A DNA stretch of 63,874 bases, the filler included, from an uncultured Methanosarcinales archaeon (GTDB lineage Archaea; Nanobdellota; Nanobdellia; Woesearchaeales; JABMPP01), in assembly GCA_964604995.1 (NCBI GenBank). It is 3 parts of 3 records of this genome, joined end to end, with 100 filler letters (N's around TTAATTAATTAA, not from the genome) between each part and the next. Parts side by side here need not be neighbours in the genome. Positions count along the whole stretch, not along the records: positions 1 to 29,667 come from CAZSAD010000021.1; positions 29,768 to 59,077 come from CAZSAD010000022.1; 1 more part is not named here. One strand, given 5' to 3'. Numbering within the stretch: the first letter of the stretch is position 1; each line of letters starts with the position of its first letter. Both the position numbers and the translations under genes were made by a program. Under the pieces are notes generated by a model. That model did not search any database and had not been told where the DNA came from. It saw nothing but the letters and a program-made list of their open reading frames with translations. Shown here one piece after another: positions 21,400 through 30,413 of this stretch.

Positions 21400-22074
21400 T
21401 TACTTAAAAATTTCACCATTTTCTTTGCTCCAGAAAAGCAAATCCAGCTCATCCATTGTTATGTCCATTTTCTTTGCAAATTTTTGAAATTGTTCTTCTA
21501 GAAAAAAATAATTTTTTTTGTTAAGTGTTTTTGGCAGTTTTTTAATTGCACCATAATAAATCATATTTTTTAAGATATGTCTATCAAGAATTGCAAGATT
21601 AGTATGCCCAATGTTTCTTAAAAAATGACCAGCTTCTTTATAACCTAATCCTAAAACATTCTTAACTAAATGCTCTCTTGCTAATTTGCTGTCTTTAAAT
21701 TTTAATAATTCATTAATTAAGATCTCATTTTTTTGTTTCCATTCAAGTAAATATTTTGATTTATGATTATGAAACCTTACTTTTTTTATTAAGTATTTTT
21801 TTGGATTAATCTTTTTAGCTTGATTTTGAAAATCATCTTTTTTTAAATTTTCTATTGCATTCCAACATCGTTGGGCATTACTTTGCGGAGTACAAATACA
21901 AAAGCAAAGTTCATAGAAATAATCTTTTTTTGGTACTTGTGAAAAATCATCAAGTCTTTTTTTTATGTTAATCTTATGTTTTTTATAAGCAGATTTTAAT
22001 TCGAGGAGTTTTTCTATATTTTCATTTTTCTCTATAATCTTATTTTGTAATTTCTCTTTCTTTTCTTTCATCAT
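21400..22074 (-). CDS. ogg: 8-oxoguanine N-glycosylase/DNA lyase (archaeal Ogg)
   Basis: ELCFCI, RF...K, GLGYKEA.HFLRNIG, AILDRHI, ELDLLFW. Confidence 0.9.
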   Translation of the reverse strand: MMKEKKEKLQNKIIEKNENIEKLLELKSAYKKHKINIKKRLDDFSQVPKKDYFYELCFCICTPQSNAQRCWNAIENLKKDDFQNQAKKINPKKYLIKKVRFHNHKSKYLLEWKQKNEILINELLKFKDSKLAREHLVKNVLGLGYKEAGHFLRNIGHTNLAILDRHILKNMIYYGAIKKLPKTLNKKNYFFLEEQFQKFAKKMDITMDELDLLFWSKENGEIFK

Positions 22075-22149
22075 GTATCAAAATTTTAAGCAATTAATAA
22101 ATCTAATGTTGAACTAAACATTTAATGAACTAAATCTTTAAAATAAGAA

Positions 22150-23067
22150 ATGTTTTTAATCTATACCAAAATAAGGATTATTATGAAGCAGAAAACAGTT
22201 GGCGTTATCTTTATCTTGGCTTGCGCATTTATGTGGGCAATCGAAGGAGTTTTCATAAAATTTCCATTAGCAAAAATAACTGAAACTCAAACTGCAGTAT
22301 CTGTTGTTATTGTAGCATCAATCATCTCTTTTCTTTATCTTATATTTACTGAGAAAAAACAAACTTTAACTGCTCTAAAATTAGATTTTAAGCAAATACT
22401 AGTAGTTATTTATTTAGGCGCATTAGGGACAGCACTTACATATTTTCTGTACTATGCTGCTTTAACAAAAATACCCGCTCTTAATGTTGTACTAATAGCA
22501 CACACTCAAACTATTTTTATTCTTCTAATGGGTTATTTTTTTCTAAGACATGAAAAAGTTACATTCTTTGATGGAATTGGCATGATTTTGATGTTTCTTG
22601 CTGCATTATTTGTTTCTACTGGAACAATTGAAAATTTATTAAACTTAAAATTTGGAACAGTTTATGAGATTTTAGTTCTTGTTTCAGTAATAATCTGGGC
22701 AGCAGCAAGTATAATTGTTAAAAAATGGGCAGCAGACAAACCTTCAGGTGTTTTAACTTTTTATAGATCTTTTATTGCAGCAATAATATTCTCAGCATGG
22801 TTAATTTTTAATGAAGGTTTTAAATTTGGGAGCATATGGCAAATTATTATTGGTATAACTGACGCTGTTGGTTATATTTTTTATTATGAAGGTTTGAAAA
22901 GAATAAAAGCTGCGCAAGTATCTTCATTAGAACTTGCAGCTCCATTTTTTACAGCGGTGCTAGGATTTATAGTTCTTGGAGAACAAGTTTTAAGTTTACA
23001 AATTGTAGGTCTTCTAATTTTATTGGTGGGAATATATTTCTTATCAAAACATGATAATACCAATTAA
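22150..23067 (+). CDS. DMT/EamA-family transporter
   Basis: About 10 TM helices in two repeats, each ending L.E. Confidence 0.88.
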   Translation: MFLIYTKIRIIMKQKTVGVIFILACAFMWAIEGVFIKFPLAKITETQTAVSVVIVASIISFLYLIFTEKKQTLTALKLDFKQILVVIYLGALGTALTYFLYYAALTKIPALNVVLIAHTQTIFILLMGYFFLRHEKVTFFDGIGMILMFLAALFVSTGTIENLLNLKFGTVYEILVLVSVIIWAAASIIVKKWAADKPSGVLTFYRSFIAAIIFSAWLIFNEGFKFGSIWQIIIGITDAVGYIFYYEGLKRIKAAQVSSLELAAPFFTAVLGFIVLGEQVLSLQIVGLLILLVGIYFLSKHDNTN

Positions 23068-23194
23068 TATTACTTGAAAATAATATTGTTTGAAAAAATA
23101 TAATCAAATAGAAAAATATAAACATACAACTAAATAGTCCTAAAAAATGCATATAAAATATAAAAAATATTTTATAAAAATTTATTAAATTTAT

Positions 23195-23470
23195 CTATGC
23201 TCTAAGAAGTTGGTCAATTTTCATCTTATCGAATCCAATTACCATGTTTCCATTAATATCTATAACAGGAACACCAAGTTGGCCAGTTTTTTGTACCATT
23301 TCTTCTCTTGCTTTCATATCTATAGCGACATTTTTTTCAGTGTAATTAACCTTTTTTTCTTTAAGATATTCTTTTGCAATATTGCACCAAGGGCATGTTG
23401 GTGTTGAATAAACAAATACTTTTTTTAAATCAGTATTTTCTTTTTTTATTGTTATTTTTGATGTAACCAT
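23195..23470 (-). CDS. Glutaredoxin (NrdH/YruB-like)
   Basis: YSTPTCPWC, GQLGVPVIDI, GFD. Confidence 0.92.
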   Translation of the reverse strand: MVTSKITIKKENTDLKKVFVYSTPTCPWCNIAKEYLKEKKVNYTEKNVAIDMKAREEMVQKTGQLGVPVIDINGNMVIGFDKMKIDQLLRA

Positions 23471-23616
23471 TTTTCTTTCACCTTATACTTCTTATATTTT
23501 TTAATTTATAAATCAACTACTTATTTTTAACTATTTAAAGTTATTATTGTTATTATCTAATATCTTATTAATATCTTTCTTATCAATATCTCTTTTAAAT
23601 ATGAATAAGTATTGTC

Positions 23617-23690
23617 AAAAAACCTGCACTTAATAGTCATCTATATTGCACCTCTCAATACAGATTTATGACAACACCTTTAGTGGGGGA
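23617..23690 (-). ncRNA. Candidate small hairpin RNA
   Basis: 10-bp stem AUCUGUAUUG/CAAUAUAGAU with further GUCA/UGAC and CACU/AGUG pairs; TTTATAAA at 23716-23723 upstream; U6 tract at the 3' end. Confidence 0.4.
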
Positions 23691-23775
23691 TAAATGTTAA
23701 TAATAAGAGGTATTATTTATAAACAGTCTGCAAGGGTTAAATTATAAGTTTAATGTTTAAGCTTATTATTCTCAA

Positions 23776-25203
23776 ATGTTTAAAATGCCTATTCATGTTA
23801 AAGAACTATTTGTTACTGATAAGAACGCAAAAACACTTATAAATAAGAAAGAAGAAAGAAGAATTATGGTGGAATCTTATTCATTATGGTATGATTATAA
23901 TTCTAAATATGACTCTAAACAAAGACTCCCCTATCCGAAATTTAAAGGCAGAGAAAAAACAGAAATAGCCATAATTGGTTGTGGACTTACGGGGGCATCA
24001 AATGCTTATTTTTTATCTTTGGCAGGATTTAAAGTTACAGTACTTGAAGCACATTATATTGGTAGAAGTTCAACAGCAACAAGCTCTGGAATTCTTACAC
24101 TTGGCACTGAAGAGGATTTATCTGAATTAACCAAAAAATATGGAATCGAAAAAGCAAAAAAGTTGTGGGAGGCATCACTTTATTCAATTAGACTTCTTGA
24201 GGAAACCATCTCTAAAAAACACATTAATTGTGATTTGGGTCATGTTGGTAGTTTATACCTTGCAGCTAAAAAAAATCATATAAAAACTCTTGAAAAAGAA
24301 TGTTATATGCGAAAAAGTATTGGTTTTAATTGTGAATTTTTAGATAATAAACAAGTGCAAGAAAGAGTTGGCACACCTAAATATCATGCAGGATTATATT
24401 CTTCTTACGATAAAGAAGTAAATCCACTTAAACTAACTGAAGAGTTGGTAAAATATGCAAGAAAAAAAGGTGCCAAAATTTTTGAACATTCAGCAGTAAA
24501 AGAAATATATCCTTTTGAAAATAAAGTTTTTCTAAAAACTGAACTTGGTGAGCTTGAAGCAGATTATGTAATAGTTGCAACTGATGCTTACACTTATACT
24601 TTGGGTCTTAATTATGATATAATTCCAATTGCATATCAAACCATTGCAACTGCCCCACTACCTAAAGAGATGTGGATTGAAATGTTTCCAAAAGGAAGAG
24701 TGTTGGTTTGGGATAGTTATCAATATTATGATTATTTTAGGCCTTTAAATGACAATAGGTTAATCATTGGTGGGGGAGATATGTTTGTTGGACATCATGA
24801 AGCACATTATAAACATCATTTTGATTCAGCTCAAAGCCAAATGACAAAAATATTAAAAAATATTTATAAAACCTTCCCTAAGTTGTCTAAAGTTGAAATT
24901 ACACACCATTGGGGTGGAATTTGCGGACATACTAAAAATGGATTACCTATAATTGGACCAGATCCAAAGTATCCGCACATAATTTATTCACTCGCTTATT
25001 CCGGGCATGGACTTGCTTATTCATTTTTGTCTGGAAAACTAAATGAACATTATCTAAAAACTAAAAATAAAGGTGTATACAATATATTTCATCCACCTCT
25101 TGAAATATCTAAGAAAAATCAAAAAAGATTTATACCACCATCTTTTGAACATAAATATCTAACCAATTATTATAATTTAAAAAAGAAAATTGAAAGATTA
25201 TAA
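23776..25203 (+). CDS. FAD-dependent oxidoreductase (DadA/PuuB-like)
   Basis: IIGCGLTG, VLEA..IG, HWGG......P.IG, YSGHGL. Confidence 0.9.
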   Translation: MFKMPIHVKELFVTDKNAKTLINKKEERRIMVESYSLWYDYNSKYDSKQRLPYPKFKGREKTEIAIIGCGLTGASNAYFLSLAGFKVTVLEAHYIGRSSTATSSGILTLGTEEDLSELTKKYGIEKAKKLWEASLYSIRLLEETISKKHINCDLGHVGSLYLAAKKNHIKTLEKECYMRKSIGFNCEFLDNKQVQERVGTPKYHAGLYSSYDKEVNPLKLTEELVKYARKKGAKIFEHSAVKEIYPFENKVFLKTELGELEADYVIVATDAYTYTLGLNYDIIPIAYQTIATAPLPKEMWIEMFPKGRVLVWDSYQYYDYFRPLNDNRLIIGGGDMFVGHHEAHYKHHFDSAQSQMTKILKNIYKTFPKLSKVEITHHWGGICGHTKNGLPIIGPDPKYPHIIYSLAYSGHGLAYSFLSGKLNEHYLKTKNKGVYNIFHPPLEISKKNQKRFIPPSFEHKYLTNYYNLKKKIERL

Positions 25204-25254
25204 ACTTCGAAAGATTTCTATTACAAATTAAAAATTATTAAAAATCTTTCAGAT

Positions 25255-25986
25255 TTATTTAAAGCTTTGACCACAACCGCATTTGTCAACTGCATTAGGG
25301 TTGCTTATTTTAAATCCGCTTCCCATTAAGCTATCAATATAATCTAATTTTGCACCTTTAATCATTCTAAGTGTGCTATCGTCAATAAAAACCTTAATGC
25401 CTTTTTCTTCAATGATGTTATCTTTTTTTTGTGCTTTTTTATCGAAATCTAATGCATAAGAATGTCCCGAACATCCACCTTCAACAACTGCTACTCTTAG
25501 GCCATAATCTTCTTTTTTTTCCTTTTTAAATAGTTCTAAAAGTTTTTCTGCGGCTTTTTTTGTGATTATAAAATCTTTGTTCTGAGAACCTGGTTCTTCA
25601 TCTTCTATTACAGCTTCATTTAATTTTGTTATTAAAAATAAAACTTGTTCATCATTCATGCCATGCCCTCTAAATCCTTGTTCAAGTGTTTCCCAATATT
25701 GAACATGGCATCCAACGCAGTGAATACCATTAGCTGTTAAAACTTCAATTGTTACAGGATATTTTGCAATAACATCACCTATTGTCATATCACCTGTAAT
25801 TTTTAATTTAGTTCTTTGATTTTTTAATTTGTTATTTTGATTTGTAGTTGCATTTTGCATTTGTCCATTTTTTGTATTTTGTTTTTTAGATTTAGTAGTT
25901 TTATGTTTTATAGTTTTACCTTGTGATATAACTTTCTTTGTAACTTTATTCTTTGTCAATTTTTTGTTAATTTGTTTTTTTGGCAT
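25255..25986 (-). CDS. DUF1858 domain fused to an A-type Fe-S carrier (IscA/ErpA/HesB)
   Basis: MTI..VI..YP, G.HCVGC...ETLEQ...HG followed by GGCSG and CGCGQSF; basic N-terminal tail. Confidence 0.9.
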   Translation of the reverse strand: MPKKQINKKLTKNKVTKKVISQGKTIKHKTTKSKKQNTKNGQMQNATTNQNNKLKNQRTKLKITGDMTIGDVIAKYPVTIEVLTANGIHCVGCHVQYWETLEQGFRGHGMNDEQVLFLITKLNEAVIEDEEPGSQNKDFIITKKAAEKLLELFKKEKKEDYGLRVAVVEGGCSGHSYALDFDKKAQKKDNIIEEKGIKVFIDDSTLRMIKGAKLDYIDSLMGSGFKISNPNAVDKCGCGQSFK

Positions 25987-26007
25987 TTTACCCTCTCAAT
26001 TTTTAAT

Positions 26008-26463
26008 TTAAATAGCATTTAAAATTTCTTTGCTATGTCCTTGAACTTTTACTTTTTCCCATATATTTTTAATTTTGCCTTTTTTATCAATTAAAAAAGT
26101 AGTTCTTGTAATTCCCATACTTTTTTTACCATACATATTCTTTTCAACATACACACCATACTTTATTGAAACTTTAGCATTTGTATCGCACAATAAATCA
26201 AAATTTATTCCAAATTTATCAACAAATTTTTTGTGGGAAGTTTCATCGTCTAAACTTACCCCTAAAATCATTGTATCTTTTTTTCTATATTCATCTATAT
26301 TTTCTTTGAAACTTGTTGCTTCAAGAGTGCAACCAGGTGTGTCATCTTTTGGATAGAAATATAAAACTACGTTAAGATTTCTATAATCTTTAAGATTTAC
26401 TGTTTTATCGTCGGTATTTTTCAAGCTAAATAATGGGGCAATCTGTCCAATTTTAAGTTTCAT
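26008..26463 (-). CDS. bcp: Peroxiredoxin Bcp/PrxQ
   Basis: YFYPKDDTPGCT.EA, RTTFLID. Confidence 0.95.
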   Translation of the reverse strand: MKLKIGQIAPLFSLKNTDDKTVNLKDYRNLNVVLYFYPKDDTPGCTLEATSFKENIDEYRKKDTMILGVSLDDETSHKKFVDKFGINFDLLCDTNAKVSIKYGVYVEKNMYGKKSMGITRTTFLIDKKGKIKNIWEKVKVQGHSKEILNAI

Positions 26464-26540
26464 TATAATCCCTTGTTAATTTTGTTCTAATTATTCATTA
26501 AACTATTTGTTATTATTCTTATTTTAGTAATTTTTTATAA

Positions 26541-27152
26541 TCATTTTTTGGATGCTTTTTCAAAAAGTGTATTAACTGTTTCCCAATTAATAATATTCCA
26601 AAATGCTTCAGTGTATTCAGCTCTTCTATTTTGGTATTTTAAATAATATGCATGTTCCCAAACATCCAACGTTAATAATGGTGTTTTTCCTTCACTTAAA
26701 GGGGTATCTTGATTGGATGTGCCAATAATCTCTAATTTTCCTTTATTGTAAACAAGCCAACTCCAGCCTGAACCAAACCTAGTATTGGCAGTATCATTAA
26801 ATTGTTTTTTGAATTCTTCAAAACTTCCAAATGATTCATTAATTGTATTTGATAATTCTTCAGAAGGATGTCCTCCATTTTTTTTGAGCAATGTCCAAAA
26901 AAAAGAATGATTTACATGTCCACCGCCATGATTTTTAACAGCAGTTCTATTTTTTTCAGGCACTTTTGGAAGATCTTTTAATATTTCTTCAGCTGTCAAA
27001 TTTTCAAGTTCTTTTATGCCATCTATTGCAGCATTAAATTTATCAACATATGTTTGATGGTGTTTGCTATGGTGTATTTTCATTGTTTGTTCATCAATGT
27101 AAGGCTCTAGTGCGTTATAATCATATCCTAATGGAGGTAGTGTGTGTTTCAT
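26541..27152 (-). CDS. sodA: Superoxide dismutase (Mn/Fe, bacterial Mn-type signature)
   Basis: [30 protein letters not shown]. Confidence 0.96.
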   Translation of the reverse strand: MKHTLPPLGYDYNALEPYIDEQTMKIHHSKHHQTYVDKFNAAIDGIKELENLTAEEILKDLPKVPEKNRTAVKNHGGGHVNHSFFWTLLKKNGGHPSEELSNTINESFGSFEEFKKQFNDTANTRFGSGWSWLVYNKGKLEIIGTSNQDTPLSEGKTPLLTLDVWEHAYYLKYQNRRAEYTEAFWNIINWETVNTLFEKASKK

Positions 27153-27338
27153 TTTTTCACCCTTGTATTTTTTATATTAATAACTCAATATTGTGGCTAT
27201 TTAAAGATTATGTTTAAGGGTAAAATGTGATGTCAATACGCTTTTATTAACTACATTATTTTTATTTCCATTTTTACTAAACTTTTAATTTTACCAAACT
27301 ATAAATACAACTTGTGCACTTGTTTTATTTGATTTAAA

Positions 27339-28196
27339 ATGCCAGGTAGAGTACAATCCCCTTCATCTATTAACACTTACATTCAATGTCCTAGAAAATA
27401 TTATTTTCAATACATTCTTAAATTACCAACAAAACCTTCTATTCATCTTGCAAGAGGTCATATTGTACACTCTGTTCTTGAGCACTTTTTTAAAATCGAT
27501 TTAAAACATTTAAATGAAAATACTTATCCTTATGATTTAAAAAATAGGATACAAGAACTTCTTGTTAAATTCTGGCAGAATGAAGAAGATTTGAAAAAAT
27601 TAGATTTATCTAAAGACAAACTCTTATTCTATTTTGATGAGAGTATGCTTATGCTTTTGAAATGGGTTACAATTTTTATATCCCGAGTAGAAGCAATGAT
27701 AATCCAAGGGCATAGTTTGCCAGTTGCATTTAAAAGACTTACTCCTAAAACTGAAGAACAATATTTTTCTGAAGAATTTAAAGTTCAAGGATTCATAGAT
27801 GCAATAGAAGAAATAGATGACATTGTTAAAATAATCGATTATAAAACTTCTGCTAGTTACGATATTTCAGATAGCTATAAACTTCAGCTTGCAATTTATG
27901 CATTACTCTATAAAGAAAAGCATGGCAAATTACCTCACAAAGTTGGAATAAACTTTTTAAAAGATTCTGAAAAATTTATTGATGTGGATGAAAATTTGGT
28001 CCATTATGCTAAAAAAGAAATTGAAATGGTGCATAAAAAAACACAAACTGATGATATTGATAATTATCCTTTGATTCCTGCAAATCTTTGCAAATGGTGC
28101 GATTTTTTTCACAAGTGTTTTGGCATAAATGGTGAAAAATATCCTTTTAAAAATGGCAATTCAAATGGGAAATACGGCAATGGTAGATACAAATAA
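27339..28196 (+). CDS. PD-(D/E)XK nuclease, solo Cas4/AddB-like with four Fe-S cysteines
   Basis: SPS......CP, G...H, G.ID, IIDYKT, QL..Y, CKWC-x5-C. Confidence 0.88.
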   Translation: MPGRVQSPSSINTYIQCPRKYYFQYILKLPTKPSIHLARGHIVHSVLEHFFKIDLKHLNENTYPYDLKNRIQELLVKFWQNEEDLKKLDLSKDKLLFYFDESMLMLLKWVTIFISRVEAMIIQGHSLPVAFKRLTPKTEEQYFSEEFKVQGFIDAIEEIDDIVKIIDYKTSASYDISDSYKLQLAIYALLYKEKHGKLPHKVGINFLKDSEKFIDVDENLVHYAKKEIEMVHKKTQTDDIDNYPLIPANLCKWCDFFHKCFGINGEKYPFKNGNSNGKYGNGRYK

Positions 28197-28866
28197 TTCT
28201 AAAAATACTAAGAGAAAATACAAACTTGTAGCTTTTGATGTAGATGGTACTTTGATACAAGGAATTACTTCTATTTGGCAAACAATCCATGATTATGTGG
28301 GTACTTCAAAAGATTTTAGAAAAAAACAATGGGACAATTACCATAATGGAACAATAAGTTATGCAAAATGGGCACAAATGGATATAAATTATTGGAAAAA
28401 ATTAGGAGTCAGAATAAAAGATATGATTAAATCTTTCAGTAAAGTTAAATTAATGAATGGTGCCAAAAAAACAATTCAAGAACTTAGAAAGCGTAAAATT
28501 ACACTTGCAATAATTTCTGGAAGTTTTAATATAGCACTTGAAAAGGTAATTCCTAATTCAAATAAAATTTTCAAATATCAATTATTGTCAAAAATATATT
28601 TCAATAAAAATGGCACTATAAAATCTTTTGTTGCAACTCCTTATGATTATGAACATAAATTAACCGGTTTAAAACAAATCTGTAAAAAGGAAGGGATATC
28701 ATTAAAGGAAGCAGTTTTTATTGGTGATAATACTAATGATGTCCATATTGCAAAAGAAGCAGGTCTTTCAATTGCTTTTTGTCCAAATTCTAAAGAAATT
28801 GAAAAAGCTAGTGACATTGTAATAAAAAAACGAGATCTTAGCGTTATCTTAAAATATGTTATTTGA
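28129..28866 (+). CDS. HAD hydrolase, phosphoserine-phosphatase-like
   Basis: FDVDGTL, ISG, K, IGD..ND; the true start is probably downstream (MVDTNN). Confidence 0.88.
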   Translation: MVKNILLKMAIQMGNTAMVDTNNSKNTKRKYKLVAFDVDGTLIQGITSIWQTIHDYVGTSKDFRKKQWDNYHNGTISYAKWAQMDINYWKKLGVRIKDMIKSFSKVKLMNGAKKTIQELRKRKITLAIISGSFNIALEKVIPNSNKIFKYQLLSKIYFNKNGTIKSFVATPYDYEHKLTGLKQICKKEGISLKEAVFIGDNTNDVHIAKEAGLSIAFCPNSKEIEKASDIVIKKRDLSVILKYVI

Positions 28867-28910
28867 GAATTTTTTAACACAACTAAAATATCAATATATT
28901 TAAAAAATAT

Positions 28911-29564
28911 TTACATCTCAGTATTGCTTTCTAATTCTGCAATTCTTTCCTTTAATGAGTCAATTGTTTTGGTATTGTCATGTTGATCAAGTAATGTTCC
29001 ACATTCTGGGCATTTGAATTCATAGTCAGTAGCTTGATCAAAATCCATTCTAACGCACGCATTTTTACACAAAAAGAAAAAACCCCTATTAGTTTCTTCT
29101 TTATCAAGACGTTCTTTGAATCTAGTCAATTTTTGTTCTTTTAGATGAGAAATCAAATCCCTAATCCTTTTTTTGTTAAATGTCCAATAACTAATATACC
29201 ATCCCTTCTGCCTATCTTTTTTTCTTTTGTAAGTCACTAAATGTTGGCTATGAAGTCGATAGAGAATGTTTCGAATTTGATGAATTTCAGATTTTGTGCT
29301 TTCGGCAATTTTGAACTCAGAAATGTTTTGTTTGTCTTTAAGGTATTCGACGACCTTAACAGCATCATCGCCAACAACCTCTCCAACAATATCATTAATC
29401 TTTTTGTTTGTTATCTTTGTTACTTCAATTTTAGGTTGTGATTTAATTTCTTCAATCATACTTTGTTGATTGTTCTTGGCAACTATTGTTTTTTGGATTG
29501 CCAATTTAATAGAACTAGGTTTTATTTTTTTTGTGCTTTTGATACTGGTTTTCATAAGTTTCAC
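28911..29564 (-). CDS. tfe: Transcription factor E (TFE alpha)
   Basis: IR.ILYRL....LV.Y, GWY..YW, C...C...F.CPECG. Confidence 0.92.
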   Translation of the reverse strand: MKLMKTSIKSTKKIKPSSIKLAIQKTIVAKNNQQSMIEEIKSQPKIEVTKITNKKINDIVGEVVGDDAVKVVEYLKDKQNISEFKIAESTKSEIHQIRNILYRLHSQHLVTYKRKKDRQKGWYISYWTFNKKRIRDLISHLKEQKLTRFKERLDKEETNRGFFFLCKNACVRMDFDQATDYEFKCPECGTLLDQHDNTKTIDSLKERIAELESNTEM

Positions 29565-29667
29565 TTTAATATATTAAGTAAGTTTCAAAACATAAAGATG
29601 TGTGGTCCAATTCATACTTTACCAATGATTTTTTATCCCCATATAAAAACCATAATGGTGTATATGT

Positions 29668-29767
29668 NNNNNNNNNNNNNNNNNNNNNNNNNNNNNNNNN
29701 NNNNNNNNNNNTTAATTAATTAANNNNNNNNNNNNNNNNNNNNNNNNNNNNNNNNNNNNNNNNNNNN
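29668..29767. other. Assembly gap with TTAATTAATTAA linker
   Basis: N runs flanking an all-frame stop pad. Confidence 0.97.
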
Positions 29768-30228
29768 ATAACCTCTTGTGCTAAATTTTGTGATACTGTT
29801 GTTAACATAATGCGAGGATAAAAATTTCTAGTTTTTTGAAAAATATTTTTATTATTTATCTTTTTGTCAAATGTAATTGTACCATCTGTGTCAAAAATAC
29901 CTCTTAAAAATGAACGTTTCACTTCTTTATTATGTGAACTAATTATTGCAGTAGGGATAGTTACAATACTATTTTTTTTCCCATGGGGAAAGTCAAAATA
30001 ATTTAAANNNNNNNNNNACGTTCCTTTACTTGGAAAAAACTTTCCTTTTATTTGAAGGTTAAAAACTTTATTAAACAAGGGGATAACATGGGAATCATAA
30101 TATTCTCTTTCTTCAAAACTCCCACTTAATTCAAATTCATTACCTTTTTTTCTTAGATGTCCATCTCCTGCATGAATTCCACATATCTCCGCAATTTCAG
30201 GAGTTAAAATATTATTCCTATTGATCAT
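29768..30228 (-). CDS. Free-standing double-motif LAGLIDADG endonuclease (3' end lost in gap; internal 10-N gap)
   Basis: AEICGIHAGDG and SFLRGIFDTDG motifs. Confidence 0.85.
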
Positions 30229-30279
30229 ATCTCAATTTTATTAATTTAAGTATAAATAACTAAGGGTAAAGAATGTTTC

Positions 30280-30334
30280 GTGTCCTGTGCTGATTTATAA
30301 TCTTCTAATAATTTTTGAATTATGCTACAGGCCC
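30280..30334 (-). pseudogene. tRNA-like remnant upstream of the LAGLIDADG gene
   Basis: Reverse complement starts GGGCCTGTAGCATAA (tRNA 5' acceptor/D-arm start) and ends AAATCAGCACAGGACAC; no anticodon arm. Confidence 0.4.
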
Positions 30335-30413
30335 AAAATTGCATTAAACTATTTTAATTTCTAAGATCAGTTATGACATATTAAAAATTTATCCAATATA
30401 CTCAGAAAAATAA

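Noticed and set aside
29712..29723. TTAATTAATTAA palindrome inside N runs (also 59122-59133)
   Set aside because: Identical all-frame stop linker centred in 100-bp gaps; a scaffolding artefact. ORF ends that fall in it are not real.
29768..30228. LAGLIDADG as part of an intein or group I intron
   Set aside because: It has its own ATG, no Hint-domain motifs, and no interrupted host gene is visible; the gap prevents a final call.
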